A stretch of 64,000 bases of DNA from contig OZ281500.1 in assembly GCA_965637545.1 (NCBI GenBank), positions 7,192,001 through 7,256,000 on the forward strand, written 5' to 3'. Source of the stretch: Phallusia mammillata. Its lineage: Eukaryota. Positions within the stretch are counted from its first letter, which is position 1, and the number at the start of each line of letters is the position of its first letter. The position numbers and the translations under genes are program-made. Below, in pieces: positions 34,801 through 46,800 of the stretch. The notes below the pieces were generated by a model, which had not been told where the DNA came from, ran no database searches, and saw only the letters and a program-made list of their open reading frames with translations.

Positions 34801-37800
34801 AATAAATGAGGAAGAAAGACTTCTCGAGTTCGATGAAAGTTCATTCCCAATACTGCAAGCAATGTTCCAGTTCAAGCAACCATACGACAGTTTGTGGAAC
34901 ACAGCGTTGAATTGGAACACCAAGAACGAAATGTGGTTGAATGGTAAACGTTTAGCACATGACGTTTTAGCACATGACGTTTTTTATACATGTACATATA
35001 TAAGTTACAATACATGTATATATTTTTTCTGTTAAAATAGAAAGTCAAATTCATCAGTAAACATGGGGCCTATACTGAAACATGCTTGTTTCTTGGTGTT
35101 AATTTAGACACTTCAAGAATTTTTAGACAATTTGGGCAATAAATTTGGGGCTTAATAAAAGGTCAATTGCAATGGGTCAAATGGTGTCAAAGATTATTTT
35201 GTTTTCATAAATATATGGAAACACCCTTGAATTCACGTACGGGGCGTCCTACCACCGACCTCTTGATTACATTGAAATAAAATGCACATATTTTTAAGGT
35301 ATCTAAATCTCTGTGTGCAGGACCGTTTCAGAATCTTAACTCAGAAGATCTCGCTGAAGAGTTGGGTCAGATGTGGAGAACAGTTTACAAACTGACCAAG
35401 TCGTTTTCGGACGCGGCAGGTCCACGACGTATAGCTGAGTCAGTTCGCTCCAAAATCGACAAATTCAAACAGCATCTTCCCATCCTTACAACTATATGTA
35501 ATCCAGGCATCAAAGACCGACATTGGGAACAGGTTAGTTGAGTAGCACCTCGTCAAAAAGTCCGTTTCTGACGCTAAGTTTTACGATGCACCGGTTGTGT
35601 TGTGACGCGTATCTTAGGCTACATTAGGCGTTTCTGTCCGTTTGTGGCAACTTTTGTTATGCAGGTGACTTATATATGTCAAGTTATGGGTAATTGGAAT
35701 TCTCTTCTGTTTGCAGATAAGCGACATCGTTGGATTCGACATCAAACCAGAAGCCGACACGTCATTGCTGAATATGCTGGAGTTTGGTCTCAACAAATAC
35801 ATTGACGAGTAGGTTTGAATTTTGTATTCTGTGGTGCTGTGAATTTTGTGTTTTAAAAACATAAGCCTAACCTTACCCGAACACACTTACAAACGCTTTG
35901 TTTGGAAAAATAAATATTTTGTGTTTTAAAAACAAAAACTAACCCTTACCCGAACACACTTACAAACGCTTTGTTTGGAAAAATAAATAGTATCATTTTT
36001 AAAAGAAAATATATGTTGAATGAAATTTAATTTGAATTTAATTTAAAGAAGCTGTCTTTATGACCAAAAAACAAGCAAAGGCAACTTGTTGTGCGTTTGT
36101 ACGTTTTTTTGTATAATTTTTTTGTTGGTGTTTTGTTTGCTTTTGATAACGGTTTGTTGTTTATCTAATAACTAACACTAACAGCATGGAACGAATCGGT
36201 GTAAACGCTGGAAAGGAATTCGGCCTGGAGAAAAGCCTCGCCAAGATGAAAAACGAATGGGCAGAAGTCTCTTTCACCCTGCTTGAGTACAGGGACACGG
36301 TAACCCAAACATTTTGTGTGGCTAATGAAGTGTGACTAAATGTATTTTGTCGTATGCATGTTTGCTCTGAGTGGATTTGTGTGTTGTGAATATTGCGTCG
36401 TTTAGATTTCCTTTTGTTTAAAGCTTGTAGTAGGCTGCAACTAAATCGAAACGTTTGTTACCGCAATTATGGACCTAGGGTTGCATGTTGTTAAAGTATG
36501 AAAAGCAAACGCCTTATGACACTTTTGGTTAGCATGCCTGTCCATTCTAAAGCTAATTCGTCCCTCTTTGCGAGCTATTGAAGCAAAATCGTTTCAAAAC
36601 ATAAACATTCCACCAGCACAAAAATTATAAGCCACCTACTTGTTGCAGAGGTTAAATCGATAAATTTATGCCTCCTTTTATGATGAGCCACCGGTTTTTG
36701 CAGCATCGAGGCGATCGGCGCTCGGGCCAGCAAAGAATGGTCGCTTGAGAACGCTCTCCATAAAATGAAAACTGAATGGAGTGAGATGGACCTTATAATG
36801 GTTCCATACCGTGACACCGTAAGATATGTGTGGTGGAGTGTGCCACTAAGTTGTGTGGTGGAGTGTGCCACTAACCCCTAACACAAAGTTGACAAATATA
36901 ATTTCAATTGGTGATTTAATGGTGACTGGGTGGGAAAGGGTGTTAGGTGTAACTTGGAATGTTGCATGAGTGAAAGTTTATTTGGTATTAACTTGCGGTT
37001 TTGTAAAATTGTGGTGTTTTGAGTTGAGTGTTATTGGCAGAAAAAATTGTGGTGATGTTTTATTTTTTTTCCATTTTTATTTATTTTTTCACCATTTTCA
37101 AATCGTGCCAATTTATATGCTAACTATTGTATTTATTACTGTTTATGCAGAAATATGCTATTATTTATTGTACACAAAACATTTTAAATGGTTTTAATAA
37201 GACCAGAACGTTATTTTGTTTTAACACTTAACAAACTACAACTAGCTGATCAGAAAACCAAACATTCATGAGAAACAGAGAAAAAAACAGCATTAGGAAG
37301 TAAAGGTCCCAAACAAGAGTAAAGATGGCAGTAAAAACGTAGAGCAGAACAAAGACAAGCTAAAGATATAGTAGAACATAGTTTAACCAAAACAGCCGAA
37401 TATCAGTGTTCAATATGCAGGACATCTTTATCCTTGGTTCAGTGGATGAGCTGCAGATTTTGTTGGACGATCACATAGTAAAGTGTCAGACTATGAGAGG
37501 ATCTCCGTACATTGGACCTTTTCAGGAGGAGTTTTCGGTGAGGATAAACGCAGTTATACAGCAGTGATAGAAAATTAAGGAGGTTGCATTGAGTTGTGGT
37601 TGTCAAGTTTTGTGTCAGATTGGTCGGTTTTCGTCCACGAAGTTTTTGTTTTATTGGTGTTGAGGTAAATGCGTATTTTTTGGAGAATTAAGGTTTTCTT
37701 TGCAAAGTCGTGAGAGCAGATAAAACACTGTCGAGATTGTTTTGGTTTCAGGTTTTAGAAAGTAATGTCGTTTGTTTCAAGAAAAAGTTACACTTGATAA

Positions 37801-40800
37801 AGCTGTGTTCAGGTCTCATTGCTATTGTAGTTACTGGGCCAGTGTTGTCTTGAGTTGTATTGAGATTTAACTGTTTTGGTGTATTGTATTGGAAATTAAC
37901 TATAGGTTTTTACGAAAGTTTTACAGCTTTAATTGTTGTGGTTTACTTAGCTTTGTTTTCTTAAATATGTTTTGAAGTAGATTTTTTACATTTTGCTGGT
38001 AAACTCATGCCTTTGTCACTTTTGCTCTACTGATCGTCGTTGTTTTGTTGATGCGCCTTGTTTTAATTCTTCAAACTGGTGGCATTTAGGGTCTAAGTAT
38101 TCTTGCGTCGATTGATGACATTCAAGCATTGCTGGACGATCACATCGTTAAGGCGCAGACCATGAAAGGTTCGCCTTTTATTGGTCCCATCGAAACCGAG
38201 TCAAAGGTTTGTATTGTAGTGTTGCAGTGTGAAACATTTCTTCTCGTTGTAAGTCTTATACCAGTACACAAGCATCTAAACTTCGGGTTTATTGTTGGTA
38301 CATTGAAATAGCACACATGGTCATTGAATTGGCATTGGTTTGCCTCGTTTGGTACAGTATGTACGTTATCGCAAAAAAGTACGCTGACCTTTAAACTCTG
38401 CAATGTTTGTTAAAATTTGTGTTCAACACGAAGTAAAATATTTTCGAAAACTTTCTTATTGTTGTGAACATTGGACTTGAACAGGTAAGTGTTAAACGCG
38501 ATAACATATTAAAATTGTCTATCTTTTAACTTGCATTGAAAGATTTTTTCCTTGTCTTAGGAATGGGAAGAGAAGCTGATTCTGATGCAAGACATTCTTG
38601 ATGCCTGGTTAAAATGTCAAGCTACTTGGCTTTACCTTGAGCCGATCTTCAGCTCAGAGGACATCTTGGCTCAGATGCCTGCTGAGGGTCGCAAGTTCGG
38701 CATTGTGGATTCCACATGGAGAGATATCATGGTTGAAGCTGTAAGTTATTGTAAAAGTGTCAGAATTTTTATCCCGCATAAACAATTATACAACTAATGG
38801 AGCATTTAACAATATGCACAAATAAAACAACTTATGCATTTTACTTAAACAGTTGCACAAAACACTAGGTTTATTACGAACCAATTCTATTAAATTTGAA
38901 GATGGCTAAATTGTATACTAGCGTAATCGCATTTTGGGCATAATTGGCAAATCTAAATGAACCAATTTGCAAGTGTTTTTTTTTCCAATATGAAGATTCT
39001 TTTCACATTAGATCCTTGTACCGTACTTTTTTCCGACTAATTTGATGAAATGACTAATTTATTTGCAGGTCAAAGACCCTAAAGTGTTGGTGGCAACAGC
39101 TCAACACAACATGTTGGGAAGACTACAGGAGGCAAACGATCTTCTCGATCAGATTCAGAAGGGACTAAACGATTACCTAGAGAAGAAGCGACTTTTCTTT
39201 CCAAGGTAACAACATTTTTTGCATTTATCTCAAGCAGAATAGATCATTTTTGTACTCTAAAATATTTTCGGCAGTTTAGTGCATTGTGCCCGAGTTACCC
39301 AACACTTTGGGTATATATTTGGGTATCTTTGTATGTTAGGTGGTTTGAACAAATCTTTCAAATAAACCTTGTGATTACAAGAAGAACTACATTTTATATT
39401 TTACTAAGAAGCCTCGGCCAATTCGAAAAGGTGCTAATCTCGTTTTATCACAAACGTCTTTTTTAGATTTTTCTTTTTGTCCAACGATGAGTTGCTGGAG
39501 ATTCTGTCAGAAACCAAAGATCCACTGAGAGTTCAACCTCACCTAAAGAAATGCTTCGAAGGAATCAACAAACTCAAGTTCACTGAGCAAATGGAAATTG
39601 TCGGAATGATCAGCTCTGAAGGCGAAACCGTTCCATACGGCCACAAAATTTATCCCGCCAAAGCCAAGGTTTGCTGAATCAAAACTATCAAATTGCCAAC
39701 AAAGTGTTTGCTAATCAGGCCAAACATTTGTTCAACAATTTCGCAAGGCTTGATTTGGCCCAAATCGTATATTTCAGCTAATCGTTATGTTATAATTCAT
39801 GAATATAAATCGAATAGCTCTTGTCATGCAATTGTTGCCTTTGTTTGAGCCGTTGGACTTAATAATGCTAGAATTTAGTGGACCTAATCTGTTTGACTGC
39901 GGTACAAACACACTGTATCATAAATATATATATACATCAGTTTTATCTATTGAATCCTGTAATGCTTTCGAAAACCTGTTTGCTTGCCAGAATTTGTAAC
40001 TTTTTTCAGGTTTATGTATTTGCCATATATTTAGACTTGCACAAAATCCAGCATGCGACCATTTTTAATTTACTTACATAGACACACGAGTTTTAACAGG
40101 GTATGGTGGAGAAATGGCTACTGGAAGTGGAAGCGAGCATGATTACAAGCATAAAGCAAGTTATGTTCAAATCGTTCAAAGGTTATGCCGAGACCCACCG
40201 CAAAAAGTGGGTGTTGGACTGGCCCGGGCAAATTGTCTTGTGTGTATCGCAAACTTATTGGACTTCTGAAGTAACCGAAGCGATTGAGGAAGGGTCGCTA
40301 GCGGTAAGTTAACATGTTTTCAGTTTACTGCAAGCATTCTACTAAACCTGTACGGTAGTGAAATAAGGTAGACAGTACAATATTTCGTTTTTGGTTGTAT
40401 TAAATAGTGTAAAAACAGGCCTTGAAGGTAAAAAGTTGCGAAGTCCGGGTGAGTTATGTGTGCAATGTCTTGTAAATTAAAAAAAATAGTTCTTGTGATT
40501 AGTTGCAAATATTATTTACCCTTACTGAATATTATAGTGTCGTATATACAACACGCAACCTCGTTTACCTGCCTTTACAGGTTAATTAAAGTATAGACAA
40601 TACTAACTTGAACGTTTCTTTTCAGGACTACCTGAAGCAGCTGAACTCGCAAATTAACGACATCGTCGATTTAGTGCGAGGCAAACTTGACAAGGGAGCG
40701 CGAATCACTCTTGGCGCACTCACAGTACTCGATGTACACGGTAAGTTGATCTCCAAAAAAATCCTTATGGTCTCAATCTATATTGTGCGACTATTATGTG

Positions 40801-43800
40801 AGATAAGGATTACGGTTTAGATTGGCGACGTTTCAAGCGTCTCTTATTAATAACCGAGCTTTTAACTTGCATGACAAATCTTACCAACGACCGTTTGTCG
40901 TGTCACACGTTTTTCATCATTGTGCAAAGACGGGGAGATTTAGATTAAAAACAGGATATCACTTCTTATTCACACCCGTACTCCGATCATAAAAAAACGA
41001 TGATAATCGGTACCAAGTACTCTAGTTCTAGTACTGTGTAACGATTTAGCCCATTACTAAATGCAAAGTTGCATTTTGAAACGCAAAACTTGCTTTTTGA
41101 TTGATAGTTGTACATAAAACAATTATTGTACGCCAAGCCCATTGAAGGTTCCATGCCGAATCAAGGCGGTCTATCAAGAATTCTCATATGCAAGACACAG
41201 ACTAGAAAAATCTAGCCTACGGTGGGACTCGTACCCACGACCGGAGTCTTTTTGGGGTTTACGCTCTATGAACTAAGCTGCACAGGCTCAGGGGTGAACC
41301 CGCTGAAAGTCGAATCACAAGCACCGCTGCCTGCCTCGTATGCTGCACATGTCGGCTTCGTAGTGGGGATTCCCAGATCGACCATTGATTAGCTAAATTT
41401 GTGCGTAAGACTTACTAAATACACACAATGGCATTTTCAGCTCGCGACACCATTGTCGCGTTAGTAAAGACCGGGATTTCCAATCCACTCGATTTCCAGT
41501 GGTTGTGCCAACTTCGCTACTACCAGGATAGTCAGGACTTTATTGTGCACATGATCAACACCGAGTACAATTACGGGTACGAGTACCTCGGAAACTCGCA
41601 TCGACTCGTCATTACTCCTCTGACGGACAGATGCTACCGGTGAGTCGCTGAATGAAAATGATTTATAATTTGAAACGTCTGAACAATGCATTTTATAATT
41701 TATAAAAGTGTTTGACAATCTTTTTTTCATGGTCCCGCAAACAAAAATAATGAGGAAAATAACCACCCAAACAGGCGTAAAAAGCTTCATGCATTGTTCA
41801 GACGTTTCGACAAATGCTCATGCCATCATTAGTATTCGTTATATTTTTTTGAAAACGTATTTTTATGTCCATGCGGCTTTCTATCATACAACGCATACAA
41901 ATATTAACTTCAGGATTAAGTTTTTGAAATGCCCATGCGTTTTGTGCCTATCTATCAATTCGTTGTACTAAACACTGTACATTGATCTACTGTTGTTTTG
42001 TCACGTAGAACTCTGATGGGAGCTCTTAAGTTAAACCTTGGTGGCGCCCCTGAGGGTCCAGCAGGAACTGGCAAAACTGAGACCACTAAGGATTTGGCCA
42101 AGGCACTGGCCAAACAGTGTGTGGTGTTCAACTGCTCCGACGGTCTTGACTACAAAGCCATGGGGAAATTTTTCAAGGGACTTGCCTCTTGTGGTGCTTG
42201 GGCGTGTTTTGATGAGTTCAATCGAATTGAGGTGAAAACGAATTTGTTGTGCACTGTTTGATTTCGAAACCTCGAAAAGTTTAAAATATTCTTGCCTTGC
42301 ATCATTTGCTTTCGCTTTGCTTTAACAGAAAACTTTCTAATAGGGAGCAATACTTGTTTAATGAACAGAAGTGTTTACTTTTAGGAGGTTAATCTTTCTT
42401 GGCAATTAAAAACGTGTTTTAAAATTAAACTGATTAGTTTTTAATTTCACCCAATTGTGTAATTCTTGTTTTCCCACTTTAGTAAAAAAAAAAAACAATA
42501 TATTCATGAAAAATATTTTTAAATTCGTGTAATTTTTGCAGATCGAGGTGTTATCAGTGGTGGCTCAGCAAATCCTCTGCATCCAAAATGGAATTGTCGC
42601 CAAGCTGAAGACGTTTCTTTTTGAGGGATCAGAACTTTCACTGAACTGGACTTGTGCCGTGTTCATCACCATGAACCCGGGTTATGCAGGTCGAACCGAA
42701 CTACCCGATAACTTGAAGGTAAGTTTTGTGAACTATAGATTATGTACCTTGCCACAGTAAACACTTAAACAGTGGCCCCTGCGGTTGTTTCCCTAGCTGT
42801 TACCGAACTTTTTTCCCCCTACAAACCTTTAAGTTGATACGATAGAGATAAAGTAGAGTTAACTTTGCTGTATGAAAGAAATCGTTGCAGCCAAGCTATT
42901 CACCAAGTTAAGAATCTCCACGGGCCTGTGAGCTATATTCAACATAATTATGGACCAGTGTAAGTTTGCTTGTAATGAGATTTACCTTAACGCATGTTAG
43001 TCGGTGTTGCTTATAAAACCGCGAACCCAGACTGTCAAAAACCGAACTAAACTAACATTTGGCTGTCTCTATTTACTTGTGGGATGGCTGTGTAATATTT
43101 GTAATGTTTAACTTGTAGGTTCTTTTCCGTGCTGTGGCCATGATGGTGCCCGACTACGGTATGATCGGGGAGATTTCACTTTACTCCATGGGCTTCGTGG
43201 ACGCCCGGAGTTTGGCGCAGAAAATCGTTGCAACTTACAGACTGTGTTCGGAGCAGCTGTCATCACAGCATCACTACGATTACGGTACTAACTACTAACT
43301 ACAATGTAAATCGCAAGTAAGCATAACTAAAACGCTCTCTGTGAAACTAAAATGTGCAGTGAAGCTTTTATCTGGGCGTATAACACACCTGTTGCAACAA
43401 ACCGTTTTTACACGAATTGCGAATTTCAACATTGCTTTAGGTAGAGTATCAATTTTCTTACCAAATCAAATTCAATGCAAACTATGTTTTGTATGCCGAT
43501 TAACTAAGATTGTTATTTCAGGAATGCGGGCTGTAAAGACGGTGTTAACTGCTGCCGGCAACCTGAAGCTTAAATATCCGGAACAAGATGAGAGCGTGCT
43601 AATGTTACGTGCGCTGTTGGATGTCAATCTTGCCAAATTCCTGGCACAAGATGTTCCTCTCTTTAACGGTACGTTCCAATGCAAGGAACAGGTTGTACAC
43701 AACATGCCTAAAGGGGGTAGTATGTTAAACTTAGCAAGCAATGGTAATTTTGCTTCAACTTACGGCGGGTTCGCCACTGTGCCTGTGTAGAGAACCGGAA

Positions 43801-46800
43801 AGACCCCTGTCGTGGGTTCGAATTCCATCGCAGGCTAGATTATTCTTGGCTGTGCATTTCCTTATTAAAATGCTTGGGAGGCCAGCTTAATTCAGTAATA
43901 CGCCTTCAATAATATGCTTGTCGTATTATGATTTATAAATGAGTATGCCGTGATCGCTGGTCTGTATGAATACTTTAGGGTTGATCCCAGTACGTGTGTA
44001 TGTCCACCTTAGGTACATTCAATTTGAGTTTTGCTTATGGGACGCTTTTACGAAAAACTTGGGTAGTTTCGCTTGCATACAGAAAAGTCACTTAACGGTT
44101 CCCTTTATAGGTATTATCTCGGATTTGTTTCCGGGTGTTGTCCTTCCCGCTCCGGATTACGACGTGTTCCTACAAGCGCTGAGAGAAAATCAGAACAAGT
44201 TAAACCTCCAACCTGTGGAATGGTCAATCGAGAAGATTATACAGGTACAAAGATAATTGACCAACCAATATTTGGATTGTCCTGCAGTTTGAACCCAACT
44301 TTCAAACTTGTTTTTGTTTCAAAGGTTTATGAAATGATGTTGGTTCGGCATGGCTTCATGATAGTGGGAGAGCCTCTCGGAGGAAAGACAATGTCATACA
44401 AGGTAGATCGGGTGTTAAAAACACATTACCGCACCGTTAACATGCGCATCAGTTTATATTAACATGTCGCTTTTTGCTTTTGAGGCCCCTAAATTTATTT
44501 CAACTATAGGCTGTAACGTTATAAAGGTAACTCTGAAACGCATGTCAACCAATCAAGCCCGTCTGAGCCTTGTGTTTCTCTAAGCAAGAAACATGTTGAA
44601 CTACCCTGAAGTCACCAATTTCTCACACTGAAGTCACTAAAAAGCAAATTCCAAATATAAAATGATCCAGCGGGATTTTCATGAGACAACTCGTCCAAGG
44701 CGGGCTTGCTGTTAGCATCACGAACTTAGGGATTGTCCGTCCAAATATGGCGCAGCTCAGTAAACGCCTATTTGTCAATTTAGGTACTTGCTGGCGCTCT
44801 GTCCGACCTCAACCACGCTGGCCTTATGGAGGAATTCGCTGTTGACTACAAAGTCATCAACCCCAAGTCGATCACAATGAGTCAGTTGTACGGTTGTTTC
44901 GATCCAATATCCCATGAGTGGACGGACGGCGTGCTTCCCATATTGTACAGAGAACAGGCATCGTCCACCAGTGATAACCGGTACAGCATTTAGACCAGGG
45001 GTCACCAAACTACGGCCCGCGGGCCGGATCCGGCCCTCGAGGTCCTTTCATCCGGCCCGCGACCACATTTTTGGTTTGTCACATCGTATTGATAACTTTG
45101 TAGGATTCAAAAAATAATCTACTCCTTCAGAAAGTTTTCCTGTCGCGATGTGTAGAATTGATATTACCAATCGCATAGGATTATAACTCCCAGGATTGAT
45201 TCGAATGATTCAAAGCCAGTTTGTTACGTCACATACATGACTGCAAGTGTTAATTGTGCGCAAACAATTCCTTTCTTTAGTTACTTGTGACGTCACATAA
45301 TCATTGCTCTTAAAACGAGACTTACTATACAAGCTAACAGTCCCATCCCCAGATATTTAATTGGATTATAGAAAGACCATATCTCGGCGCCCACATAAAA
45401 ATCGCACCGTGGGCAAGGTTTGGAAAGACGGCGCTAGAGCATGTGAACCATGCGGCCCGCGCAAATCGTTATTAAAACTTATTCGGCCCGCAGTGAAAAA
45501 AGTTTGGTGACCCCTGATTTAGACGATTTAAAATTTTAATTTGAACTGTCCTGTTATAGACATTTTTAATACCTAGGCCTCTATAGTGGGTTCGAGTCCT
45601 ACAACAAAGCCAGGTTTTCTATCATATAGCTTGTCATATATGGTAATCAGGGGTGCACAACCACAAACTCGTTTCCGCGGCCGTGAACATGTGCATTAAA
45701 ATACATGTGCTGGCGGCCGTGACGTAACTAAAACTATTTTGCCAAATACTTTAATTTTCAAACTGCTCTAAACAGATTTCGTGAGACTGGAAAAAAGATT
45801 ACCAGCCTGTAGTGACCATATGCGCCAGGGTTTTATCCGATTATTGTGTGCAAACAATGCGAAAAAAATAGGCACCGCAATCGTCACAATATACATTATG
45901 ACGTCATAAACAGTTAGCTCCGTTCAGATAACCTATGCAGCAAATTAGAAATTATTAATCTGAGCATTTGAGGCGGCTTTAAATGGCATATACATGATAT
46001 AAACCTAATTTTGTAAACCAGTTATTTTTACACAAAAACACGCAAGCAATTGGCGGCCGTTGGTGAAATAAGGACCTGCGATGCGGCCGTCGTAGAAAAA
46101 AGGTTGTGCACCCCTGTGGTAATGGTAAGGCCGGCTTAAATCTGTATGACGTCTTTAACACTGTTACATACTATGATTTTACTAGGTGTGTAGTATCAGT
46201 GCAAATTTGACTAGATGCGTATAATATGCTTTTTCGCTGTGTAGGAAATGGCTTTTGTTTGACGGCCCGGTTGACGCTGTGTGGATTGAAAACATGAACA
46301 CTGTGCTAGATGACAACAAGAAACTTTGTCTGATGTCGGGAGAAATCATCCAAATGAGTGCAAAGGTGTGTCTGTTATTAAAAAACAACCCATAAGTTTC
46401 ATTATAAGCGCCATCTTCTGCCATGAGGGCCAATGCATATACTGCTCTGGCAAGGCCCACGTTTAAGCTGAACATTGCATTATACGCAGATGAACTTGAT
46501 ATTTGAACCGGCTGATTTGGAGCAAGCCTCTCCCGCTACAGTTTCAAGATGTGGTATGATCTATCTTGAACCACATCAGCTGGGGTGGAGGCCATTCAAG
46601 GTCAGTAAAAGTGTTTTTTTAAACTATTACAAGACTTAATGTTGTTCTGGCTCGTTTTGCAGACCTCATACATGAAAACGGTTCCGGCCACACTAGAGGA
46701 AGATCACAAGCAGATGATCGAGGACATGTTCGAGTGGCTGATCGACCCGTGCCTGGAATATATTCGCCACGAGTGCAAATATATTGTGAGTGCAATAACA

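Noticed and set aside
37210-38505. Pairing of 37210-37230 with 38486-38505 that would loop out both B exons
   Set aside because: It would delete 39 conserved linker residues, the same arm also pairs locally with 37023-37033, and short AT-rich matches are common; unsupported without folding statistics.
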